From Streptosporangiaceae bacterium (GTDB taxonomy: Bacteria; Actinomycetota; Actinomycetes; Streptosporangiales; Streptosporangiaceae), in the NCBI GenBank assembly GCA_035945415.1, contig DASZAD010000100.1, forward strand, positions 1-41,346: a stretch of DNA of 41,346 nucleotides, written 5' to 3'. A model generated the notes under the pieces. That model saw nothing but the letters and a program-made list of their open reading frames with translations. It had not been told where the DNA came from and did no database searches. Below, piece after piece: positions 30,030 through 38,033 of this stretch. The position numbers and the translations under genes are program-made. How positions within the stretch are numbered: position 1 is the stretch's first letter; the number at the start of each line of letters is the position of its first letter.

Positions 30030-31613
30030 ATGGGTCACGTCGAGGCCGGGCACCTCAGCCACACGCTGCCCAACGGCCGGGTGCTGCTCGATGATGTGTC
30101 GTTCCGGATCGGTGAGGGGGTCACGGCGGCGCTGATCGGCCCCAACGGAGCCGGCAAGACGACATTGCTGCGGCTGATCGACGGCGAGCTGGCTCCGCAG
30201 TCGGGCACCGTCACCGTCAGCGGCGGCTTGGGCGTGATGCCTCAGTTCATCGGCGGCGCGGGTGACGGGCCGACGGTGCGGGATCTGCTCGTCTCGGTGG
30301 CGCCGCCGCGAGTCCGCGCGGCCGCCACGCGGCTGGAGGCGGCAGAGCGCGCGATGATCGTGCGGGATGTCGAGGCCTCTCAGCTTCGTTACGCATCGGC
30401 GCTGGCCGACTGGGGGGACGCCGGCGGATACGACGCCGAAGTCCTCTGGGACGCGTGCACTGTGGCCGCGCTGGGCATACCGTACGACCGCTGCCGCCTG
30501 CGGGAGACCACCACCCTGTCGGGCGGCGAACGCAAGCGCCTGGTCCTGGAGGCGCTGCTCCGTGGTCCCGCCGAGGTGCTGCTGCTGGACGAGCCCGACA
30601 ACTACCTCGATGTCCCGGGCAAGCGGTGGCTGGAACAGCAGCTCGCCGCAACCCCCAAGACCGTGCTCCTGGTCAGCCATGACCGGGAACTGCTGGCCAA
30701 CTGCGCGGAGCGGATCATCACGGTCGAGGATGGCGGGGCGTGGATCCACGGCGGCGGGTTCGCCGGCTATGCGCAGGCGCGCCTGGACCGCATCGCGCGC
30801 CTGGACGAGTTGCGCCGCCGCTGGGACGAGCAGCACGCCAGGCTCAAGGAACTGGTCCGGATGTACCGGCAGAAAGCGTCCTACAACTCCGACATGGCCT
30901 CCCGGCTGCAGGCGGCGGTGACCAGGCTGCGGAAGTTCGAGGAGGCCGGACCGCCCGAGCTCGCGCCGAGAGAGCAGAACATCCGCATGCGGCTGCGCGG
31001 CGCACGGACCGGCAAGCGCGCGGTGATCTGCGAAGACCTAGAGCTGACCGGGCTGATGAACCCGCTGCGCCTGGAAGTCTGGTACGGCGAGCGAGTGGCC
31101 GTGCTCGGCTCCAACGGCTCGGGCAAGACCGCGCTGCTCCGGCTGCTGGCCGGGCAGCCGGTCCTGCACTCGGGGAGCTGGCGGCTGGGCGCGCGGACCC
31201 ATGAGCGGCCGGATCTGGCCGGCCGCAGCCCGGACGAGATCCTGATGACCGAGCATGCCCTGCTGCGCAACGAGGCCATGTCCATGCTGGCGCGTTACGA
31301 GCTGCAATACTGCGCGTCGCAGCCGTTCGGCACCCTGTCCGGCGGACAGCAGGCGCGGCTGCAGATCCTGTTGCTCGAGCTGTCCGGCTCGACCCTGCTG
31401 CTGCTCGACGAGCCGACCGACAACCTCGACCTGGCCAGTGCCGAGGCGCTGCAGAACGGCCTGGAATCATACGAGGGAGTGGTGATCGCGGTCACCCATG
31501 ACCGCTGGTTCGCCCGGTCCTTCGACAGGTTCGTGGTCTTCGGCTCGGACGGGGACGTCTATGAGGCGAGCGAGCCAGTCTGGGATGAGCCCCGGACGGT
31601 AAGACCCCGGTGA
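30030..31613 (+). CDS. ABC-F family ATPase (two ABC cassettes, no TM domain)
   Basis: Walker A GPNGAGKTT and GSNGSGKTA. Signatures LSGGERKRL and LSGGQQARL. Inter-domain linker present. 527 aa. Confidence 0.88.
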   Translation: MGHVEAGHLSHTLPNGRVLLDDVSFRIGEGVTAALIGPNGAGKTTLLRLIDGELAPQSGTVTVSGGLGVMPQFIGGAGDGPTVRDLLVSVAPPRVRAAATRLEAAERAMIVRDVEASQLRYASALADWGDAGGYDAEVLWDACTVAALGIPYDRCRLRETTTLSGGERKRLVLEALLRGPAEVLLLDEPDNYLDVPGKRWLEQQLAATPKTVLLVSHDRELLANCAERIITVEDGGAWIHGGGFAGYAQARLDRIARLDELRRRWDEQHARLKELVRMYRQKASYNSDMASRLQAAVTRLRKFEEAGPPELAPREQNIRMRLRGARTGKRAVICEDLELTGLMNPLRLEVWYGERVAVLGSNGSGKTALLRLLAGQPVLHSGSWRLGARTHERPDLAGRSPDEILMTEHALLRNEAMSMLARYELQYCASQPFGTLSGGQQARLQILLLELSGSTLLLLDEPTDNLDLASAEALQNGLESYEGVVIAVTHDRWFARSFDRFVVFGSDGDVYEASEPVWDEPRTVRPR

Positions 31614-31648
31614 CGCGCTGGCTTGCTAGGCTGGGCAGACATTACGAC

Positions 31649-31721
31649 ATGCCGGAGGCGTGCCGGCGAACTCTGTGCCGGAGGCGTGCCGGCTAACACC
31701 GCGTGCCAGAGGCATGCCGGC
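31649..31721. repeat. three direct 19-nt repeats (RTGCCRGAGGCRTGCCGGC) spaced 26-28 bp
   Basis: Copies at 31649-31667, 31675-31693 and 31703-31721. Each contains a GCCGG...CCGGC inverted pair. They lie between the ABC-F stop and the DLW-39 start. Confidence 0.8.
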
Positions 31722-31779
31722 CGGCACCGTAGGCGGCCGGGTCCTCCCGGCTCTCTTGCTCTTGAAGGGGTTTCAGACA

Positions 31780-31902
31780 GTGAAAAAGCTGCTCCTGGTT
31801 GCCTTGATCGGCGCAGGCGCGTTCGCGCTCTATCGGAAGGCACAAGCGGATCGTGCTGAGCTCGACCTCTGGACCGAGGCGACCACAGGGGACAGCGACT
31901 AG
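31780..31902 (+). CDS. DLW-39 family small membrane protein
   Basis: 40 aa: VKKLLLVALIGAGAFALYRKAQADRAELDLWTEATTGDSD, with the family-defining DLW. The GTG at 31780 is preceded by GAAGGGG. The longer ORF from 31660 is unlikely. Confidence 0.75.
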   Translation: MKKLLLVALIGAGAFALYRKAQADRAELDLWTEATTGDSD

Positions 31903-32149
31903 GTAGTGTCTCGTGGGTCTTGGTGCCTGTGCTGGCCAGCGCGCCTCCGGCGCGACGGGCGGGGTCCGGGCGGCGTCCGGCCAGGCGGAGGAGGAGTCAA
32001 TAGTGGAGCTATTGGCGACGACCCCGGGGCCCCCGGCGAAGACGCGCCAGTGTTTTCGCCGGGGTGGGGCGTCCCTGTGCCGGCTTCAACTGGGGCCGGT
32101 CGTCGTCTGGGCGCCGATCCGCGCCGCTGAAGATTCACGAGACACTACC
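31902..32149 (+). mobile_element. complete copy (E2) of the repeated element: 248-bp TA-flanked inverted-repeat element, MITE-like (alternative: a structured leader RNA)
   Basis: Perfect 14-bp terminal inverted repeats GGTAGTGTCTCGTG (31902-31915) and CACGAGACACTACC (32136-32149), each abutted by TA. Internal 10-bp hairpin 32031-32040 / 32055-32064. It has no convincing coding capacity. It shares blocks with 2993-3099 and 6981-7018. Confidence 0.45.
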
Positions 32150-32214
32150 TAACGGTCCCGCCGGACGTGCGGGTCCACACGGTAGACCCAGCCCCGGCGG
32201 GTGGAGGCGGACAG

Positions 32215-32919
32215 GTGAGCAGTTCGGCGCACATCTCCATGGTGTGCTGCGAACTGGTCGGCACCATGATCGGGGACGGGTCCGGCCAGGAAAGCCTCAT
32301 CGAGCGGGCGTTCTCCGAAGCGCTCGCCACCCAGGGCGTCGTGCCGGGGACCAGCGCGTATGCCCGCTCCATGGCCGAGGTCAGCCGGGCCCGGGGACGT
32401 TCGGCCCTCGACGTGCTCGGAAACCTGTTCCCCGACAACCAGGCCCGGGCGCAAGCGGCCAGCCTGGCCTTCGACCGGGCCTGCCACACGGCGCTCGATC
32501 GCGGCATGCTGACCGCGCAGCCCGGCGCCGAACAGGCCATGGACAAGATCACCGGCTCGGGCATCAGGCTCTGCCTGATCAGCAGCCTGTCCCGGCGGAT
32601 GCTCCAGGCCATGCTGGACATGCTCGGCTGGCGGAAGCGCGCCGACCTGGCGTTGTGCCCTGACGACGCGCCGCGGGGATTTCCCTGGCCAGACCTGGTG
32701 CTCACCGCGATGCTCCGGCTCGGCACCGGCGACGTCCGGGAAGTAGCCATGGCGAGCGGAACCGAAAACGGGGTCATCGCCGGCTGTCGCGCCGGTGCGG
32801 GCATCGTCGCCGGAGTGCTGACCGGACCCCACACCCCGGCCCGGCTACGCCGGGCCGGGGCCACTCACCTGGTCGAGAGCGTGGCCGACTTGCCCGATCT
32901 CGTGGTCGCCACTGGATAG
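32215..32919 (+). CDS. HAD-superfamily (phosphonatase-like) hydrolase homologue
   Basis: HAD-like layout with C-terminal GTENGVIAGCRAGAG. The motif I position reads CCELVGT (no Asp). The GTG at 32215 lies 7 nt after GGAGG (32203-32207); the ORF is open from 32167. Confidence 0.65.
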   Translation: MSSSAHISMVCCELVGTMIGDGSGQESLIERAFSEALATQGVVPGTSAYARSMAEVSRARGRSALDVLGNLFPDNQARAQAASLAFDRACHTALDRGMLTAQPGAEQAMDKITGSGIRLCLISSLSRRMLQAMLDMLGWRKRADLALCPDDAPRGFPWPDLVLTAMLRLGTGDVREVAMASGTENGVIAGCRAGAGIVAGVLTGPHTPARLRRAGATHLVESVADLPDLVVATG

Positions 32920-32934
32920 CATGGCAGCGACACC

Positions 32935-33007
32935 GGGGCCATAGCTCAGCTGGCAGAGCGCCTGGTTTGCAACCAGGAGGTCAGGAGTTCGAATCTCCTT
33001 GGCTCCA
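32935..33007 (+). tRNA. tRNA-Ala (anticodon TGC)
   Basis: Manual cloverleaf. Acceptor GGGGCCA/TGGCTCC with the G3:U70 alanine identity pair. Anticodon loop TTTGCAA. T arm AGGAG-TTCGAAT-CTCCT. CCA is not encoded. Confidence 0.93.
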
Positions 33008-33161
33008 CCGCAGGTCAGACTCGTGGCGGAGCTTGAGCGCGGTGACGCACAGACCGGGCATGAATTCCTCGGGTCGGGGGCGACCAGGGCGGCTGCTGAC
33101 GACGTGACACACCATGATCATCAAGGATGCGCAGTACTGTGCAGGACTGGCTGGACCAGGG

Positions 33162-34163
33162 TCAGCCCCACGTCCAGGTGTCAGCGAAGTCGTTGGAGCT
33201 GCTGTCGCAGCACCCGCTGAACAGCACCGCGGTGCGGGTGGCCGCGTCATAGGCCATCGCCGCCCGGACCCGGGCGGGCGGGCTGGTCGCCGGGTGCTGC
33301 TGGGTCCAGGTGGTGCCGTCCCAGGTCCAGGTGTCACCGAGCAGGGACCCCAAGCCGTTCTCACCGCTGAACAGCACAGCGGTGCCGGTGGCCGCGTCAT
33401 AGGCCATTACCGCGGAGTCCCGGGCGGGCGGGCTGGTCGCCGGGGCCTGCTGCCGCCACTGCCTGCCGTTCCAGGTCCAGGTGTCATCAGGGTCGCCGCC
33501 GGCGCCGCTACAGTGACCGGAGCCGCCGAACAGCACCGCGGTGCGGGTGGCCGCGTCGTAGGCCATCGACGCGTTGGTCCGGGCACACGGGTGGACCTTC
33601 GGGTGAAGCATCTTCCAGGTGGTGCCGTTCCAGGTCCAGGTGTCACTGGTCACGTCGCAGCACCCGCCGAACAAGACGATCTTGCCGGTGGCCGCGTCAT
33701 AGGCCACCGCCGCATTGCTCCGGGCGGGCGGGCTCACTGCCGGGTGAAGCATCTTCCAGGTGGTGCCGTTCCAGGTCCAGGTGTCCGCGAACGGGCTGAT
33801 GCTGCCGAACCCGCCGAACAGCACCACGGTTCGGGTGGCCGCGTCATAGGCCATCGCCGCGCCGAACCGGCCGGGCGGGCTGGTCGCAGGGTGCTGCTCG
33901 GTCCAGGTGGTGCCGTTCCAGGTCCAGGTGTCACCGAGCCTGCTGCCGGTGTTGCCGAAGCCGCCGAACAGCACCGCGGTTCGGGTGGTCGCGTCATAGG
34001 CCATCGCCGCTTGCTCCCGAGCGGGCGGGCTGGTCGCCGGGGCCTTCTGAGTCCAGGCCGGGGCTGAGGCGGAACTCGCCTGGACGGCGGCCGGGGCCAT
34101 CCCCAGCGCGCCGCACGTGGCCAGGGCCCCTGCCCCGGCGATCACGATCTTTTTCACCTTCAT
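33162..34163 (-). CDS. secreted Kelch-repeat beta-propeller protein (six blades)
   Basis: Signal peptide MKVKKIVIAGAGALATCGALGMAPAAVQA. Six roughly 48-aa repeats (PPAR...AMAYDAATRTAVLFGG...DTWTWNGTTW). The ATG at 34163 is preceded by GGAGG. Confidence 0.85.
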   Translation of the reverse strand: MKVKKIVIAGAGALATCGALGMAPAAVQASSASAPAWTQKAPATSPPAREQAAMAYDATTRTAVLFGGFGNTGSRLGDTWTWNGTTWTEQHPATSPPGRFGAAMAYDAATRTVVLFGGFGSISPFADTWTWNGTTWKMLHPAVSPPARSNAAVAYDAATGKIVLFGGCCDVTSDTWTWNGTTWKMLHPKVHPCARTNASMAYDAATRTAVLFGGSGHCSGAGGDPDDTWTWNGRQWRQQAPATSPPARDSAVMAYDAATGTAVLFSGENGLGSLLGDTWTWDGTTWTQQHPATSPPARVRAAMAYDAATRTAVLFSGCCDSSSNDFADTWTWG

Positions 34164-34505
34164 GCTGGCCTCCAAAACAGACAACACACATGAACGCCCG
34201 CCATACCACATACGTTCGACGCCTGGATCAGCAGGAAGGTGCACACAGCGAGGAACGGCTACCGCCCCAGCGGGCCGCCGCGCGCCGGTTCGAGCTGGCC
34301 ACTGGCAGTCCCTCTACGTGCGTCAATGACCCACAGAGGCCACCTGCAAGCCCCGGGGCCGGCAGCCCGGCCGTGGCCGGGCACGGCAGGCCCGGCCCGG
34401 CGCGGTGTCTCCGGGCGGAGGTAGCCAGCTGGTCTTCTCTCCAGCCTGACCAGCGGTGCCGCGAGCCGGGTTGTGAAAGGTGGCAGGGTGCGCAGGACCG
34501 TTTCC

Positions 34506-34967
34506 CTATTGCTCAATAGAGCGGATCTGCTGCCACGTGTGATGATGCTCGGCAATGATTTGCTGAAGCTGCCGATGATAACCCTCTATCAGCACGTGAG
34601 TCAGATGAACACCGTAGTAAGCCTTGTCAAAGTCAATTTGATCCCGCAAGGCCCAGAGCTTCACCAGGGTAGCCGTGTTCGCCAGCCACAACCGGCGGAA
34701 CCCAAACCACGAAGCCCAGGAGGCGGCCACCGTCATTAACGCACCAGTGCCCAGCGCAGCCGCCGCCAGAACAGACCGATGATAGATCTGGTCGAGCGCG
34801 ATCAACAGCGTGGTGGCCGCGCTGAGGACCGTCAACGCCACAATCTGCAACTGCGAGCCCCGCCGGTAGTAGCTCCGGCTCCGCCGGATACTGGAGATGC
34901 TCCGCGTCAGGTGCTGCTCCACCAGCCGCAACGCCTCCAGCTCGCCGACCGGCTCCTCCGAGTCCAC
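34506..34967 (-). CDS. SLATT/DUF4231-like two-TM protein
   Basis: 153 aa. An N-terminal helix ends in SYYRR. Two TM helices (LQIVALTVLSAATTLLIAL; VLAAAALGTGALMTVAASWASWF) are followed by an FRRLWLANTATLVKLWALRDQIDF helix. AGGAGGG lies upstream of the GTG at 34967. The 3' half is visibly less GC-rich and contains a TTA codon (34737-34739). Confidence 0.6.
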   Translation of the reverse strand: MDSEEPVGELEALRLVEQHLTRSISSIRRSRSYYRRGSQLQIVALTVLSAATTLLIALDQIYHRSVLAAAALGTGALMTVAASWASWFGFRRLWLANTATLVKLWALRDQIDFDKAYYGVHLTHVLIEGYHRQLQQIIAEHHHTWQQIRSIEQ

Positions 34968-35182
34968 CGCTGCCCTCCTAACATCACCGACAAAAGGCCA
35001 TCAACGACGCCGCCATGCCCACGATCAGCCTGACCATCACATCGGCCACACCACGCCCGGATCCCAAGAGCCGGGGACGGGCGCGGCCGCGCTGGCGCCG
35101 TGCCGCACCGGTCTCGCCAGCGCCCGAACCAACCCCGAAGCGTTCCTCCGGCTGGATCCGTTTCTCCGCTCCGTGGCCCCGA

Positions 35183-37057
35183 TCATCCAGGCAGTGCAAG
35201 CGTGCTGAGCGGGCTGGGCGCGGCGTACCCGATCCTCAGCACGGCCTGGCCGGCCCGTAGCCTGACCACCTGGTTCCACGCCGGGTGATAAGGGGCTCGC
35301 TGCGCGGCGACGAACGCCTGCATCCAGCGCAGGTAGGCCGCACGGGACAGGTGCGCCGCCGTCCCGGAGGTGGCCAGGTCCACCGACCGCAGCAGGCTGG
35401 CCGGCCCGCCACCCGGCGACTGACCGGGGAAGTCCACGACGCTTACCGGGTGGGCGTGGGCCAGCGCGGCGAGCAATAGCGGCAGCCGCGGGTCGATCTC
35501 GCCGCTGCGCAGCTGGGCCCGCGCGGTGGCCGACAGCGCGATCCGGTGGTTGACCAGCAACAGGGCGTCGGCGGCTTTCCTGGCGTGCAGCGCCGCCGGG
35601 GCGACGGAGCGATACTTGGCGGTGCCGCCGGGGAAGACCAGCAGGATGTCGATCCTGGCGGTGCCCGAGCCGAAGCTGGCGATGACGGCCGGAGCGTAGA
35701 CCGAGGCTAGCCTGGCGCCGTACTGGTGGCGGATGGCCGCGGTGGCGACCACCAGGTTGGAGTCGAGCGGATCCGGCGACCCGGGCTCGAGCGTCAGCAG
35801 GTTCGCGGCCGGGAAACGTTTGGTGGACAGATCCGCGCAGACCTGGGGATCGCACGACACGATGGCGGACCGGTCGACCTGCTGCAGGATCCATGTGATG
35901 GCCCGCGCCCTGGCCGCGGCTTCAGCGGTCAGCTCCGGACTGGTGCCAGCGCGACTGCCTGTCGGTCGTGCTGGCGATGCGCCGTGCCCGGCCAGGATGA
36001 GCGCAAGCCGGCTGGCCCCGGCAACGAGCACAATCGAGGTCAGGACCGCAGCCGCCCGCCGGGCCCGGCCACTCCGGCGTCGCGCAGGCCGGACCCCGGA
36101 CCCCGTCCCGGCGCCGGCCTGGTCATCACCAGCGCCCGGCGGTGCCTCCGGAGGCGCGGGTGAGCTTGACGTCTCTTCGGCCGTGGCGGGAGCGGAGGCC
36201 ATGGGCGGGAGCGGCCCCATGAGCTGCGCCCCGGCTGCCACCAGTTCGCTGAGCGCGTCGCGGGCCGATGGCCTGACGGCCGGGTCCTTGTTGAGGCAGC
36301 GATGGACGAGGAGGCCGAGCGGTTCGGGAAGCCTGCCCACATCTGGCTCGGAGTGGAGAATGGAGTACGCCGTGGCGGTCAGCGATTCGCCCTTGAAGGG
36401 CAGCTTGCCGGTACCCGCGAGCACGATCGTGACGCCCCACGACCACATGTCGGCCGCGGCGGTCACTCGCTTCGCGGCCAGTTGCTCGGGAGCCATGAAC
36501 GCCGGAGTTCCCACAGCGACCTGTCCGGAAAGGCCGGTGGTAGTCATGCCAGGAACGGTGGCCAGCCCGAAGTCGATCACCACGGGTCCGTCGGGCCCCA
36601 GGAGGACGTTGCCCGGCTTGAAATCGCGGTGCACCATCCCGGCCGCATGCACGGCGCCGAGTGCGGTCAGCGTCGCGACGGCGATGCGCTCGAGCGCGGC
36701 GCCGCTGCGGGGCCCGAGGCGATCGACCACCTCCACCAGCGATGGCCCGCTGATGTATTCACTGACGATGAACGGCCGCCGTTCGAAGATTCCCGCATCC
36801 AGAACTTGAGCGGTGCAGAACTGGGGGACCCGCTGCGCTGCGGCAACCTCTTTCAGGAAGCGGCTCCGGACCTGGGGGTCGGTGGTCGGCGGCAGGAGCT
36901 TGACCGCTGCCCGGCTTCCACCGGGACTGACGGCCAGGAACACCACGCCCTGCCCGCCTTCACCGAGGCGGCCGAGCAACTGGTATCCACCCACCTCGCG
37001 CGGATCCATGTCGCGCAGGGGGAGCATTCCAGACATCGCGGACCCCGTGGATGTCAC
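35183..37057 (-). CDS. receptor-type Ser/Thr protein kinase with one TM and an uncharacterised extracytoplasmic domain
   Basis: Glycine loop GEGGQGVVF, AVK, HRDFKPGNVLL, DFG and APE. Then a Pro/Ala linker, the TM AAVLTSIVLVAGASRLALILAG, and a C-terminal domain of about 240 aa. The start is uncertain (GTG 37057, ATG 37036 or 37027). Confidence 0.88.
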   Translation of the reverse strand: MTSTGSAMSGMLPLRDMDPREVGGYQLLGRLGEGGQGVVFLAVSPGGSRAAVKLLPPTTDPQVRSRFLKEVAAAQRVPQFCTAQVLDAGIFERRPFIVSEYISGPSLVEVVDRLGPRSGAALERIAVATLTALGAVHAAGMVHRDFKPGNVLLGPDGPVVIDFGLATVPGMTTTGLSGQVAVGTPAFMAPEQLAAKRVTAAADMWSWGVTIVLAGTGKLPFKGESLTATAYSILHSEPDVGRLPEPLGLLVHRCLNKDPAVRPSARDALSELVAAGAQLMGPLPPMASAPATAEETSSSPAPPEAPPGAGDDQAGAGTGSGVRPARRRSGRARRAAAVLTSIVLVAGASRLALILAGHGASPARPTGSRAGTSPELTAEAAARARAITWILQQVDRSAIVSCDPQVCADLSTKRFPAANLLTLEPGSPDPLDSNLVVATAAIRHQYGARLASVYAPAVIASFGSGTARIDILLVFPGGTAKYRSVAPAALHARKAADALLLVNHRIALSATARAQLRSGEIDPRLPLLLAALAHAHPVSVVDFPGQSPGGGPASLLRSVDLATSGTAAHLSRAAYLRWMQAFVAAQRAPYHPAWNQVVRLRAGQAVLRIGYAAPSPLSTLALPG

Positions 37058-37311
37058 CAGGCCATTCTGCCTTGGAGACCCAGCAAACGTCGCGATTTCG
37101 TTTGCCTGGCGACCGAACCTTTAGGCGGCGGTGCCTCGTGCGGAGCGTCTGTGCAGCCGGGCGGCCCTGCCCCCCACCTGGGCCGCCCGGCTGCCGTCCC
37201 AGAGACGGTGATGCCTGGCCTGCTCTGTCCGGGCCACCAGCGGCCACCGCAGATCAGGCCCGGGTCACGGTCCTGACTCCTGCTGGAGCCCGGTAAACCG
37301 GCTCAGACGCA

Positions 37312-37363
37312 GGTACCTCTAGGAAGGAACAAGAAGCTATCGTCTATTTGGGTACTCTAGAGG
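37312..37363. promoter_or_regulatory. direct repeat GGTAC(C)TCTAGRRG x2 in an AT-richer patch upstream of the XRE regulator (candidate operator/promoter region)
   Basis: Copies at 37312-37323 and 37351-37363. The second contains the palindrome CTCTAGAG (37355-37362). The surrounding 37320-37400 is clearly less GC-rich than the rest of the window. Confidence 0.3.
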
Positions 37364-37521
37364 AGCACAGACAGGAAGTAAAGAACATTGGTAAGATGAA
37401 CCGAGAAGAGAGGTGCAGACTCCTCGGGGCTGCTGCCTGCAGGAGGGGCTGGACTCTTCTACCTTCTTCGGGTAAGGATGGTCAGGTGGTCGGCGGGGGG
37501 CTCGCGGGAAGGGACGGTCAT

Positions 37522-37920
37522 ATGGCCGGTGAGGACTGGCAGCGGCTCGCCGACTACGTGGTCGCGCGCCGGGTCGAGCTAGGCATGCGGGACAGGCGGG
37601 CCTTTGCTGAGGCGACCGGGGTGACCGAGCGGACGCTCGGAAAGCTCGAGAACGGCCAGCGGGTCTCCCCCAGCACTCTCGGCATGGTCGAGAACCGGCT
37701 TGGCTGGACCCCGGGTTCGTGGCGGCGAATACTGGCCGGCGGGGAGCCAAACGTGGGGTCGCCGGACCACGGGCACGCCGAGTATGACGACCCGACGCTG
37801 TGGCACATCGCGAGTACCCCGGGGCTCCCCCCCGACGTGGTTCGCGGGCTCGTCGCACTCGCCCGGAACTGGCGACAGGGCGACGACAGCACCGACCAGG
37901 ACAGCCAGCGGCCTGCTTGA
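37522..37920 (+). CDS. XRE-family helix-turn-helix transcriptional regulator
   Basis: 132 aa starting from ATG 37522. HTH segment RRAFAEATGVTERTLGKLENGQRVS. The ORF is open from 37348. Confidence 0.7.
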   Translation: MAGEDWQRLADYVVARRVELGMRDRRAFAEATGVTERTLGKLENGQRVSPSTLGMVENRLGWTPGSWRRILAGGEPNVGSPDHGHAEYDDPTLWHIASTPGLPPDVVRGLVALARNWRQGDDSTDQDSQRPA

Positions 37921-38033
37921 CCACTGACTGTAGCCACCGCCGGCGACGAGGTAGAGGACGGGCCGGGCGGGTGCGGGCACGGGATGGGTCCTCTCGGCGA
38001 CGTGTCGTTTCCACGCGGCGACGTGCCCCGGTA

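Noticed and set aside
33300-34050. Approximately 144-bp periodic DNA repeats
   Set aside because: They are fully explained by the six Kelch blades of the 33162-34163 gene. They are not an independent repeat array.
35037-35894. 285-aa minus-strand ORF overlapping the kinase 3' region and the kinase-SLATT spacer
   Set aside because: It is out of frame with, and largely inside, the kinase gene. Its translation is Arg/Pro/Gly-rich, has no motif and is not preceded by an SD.
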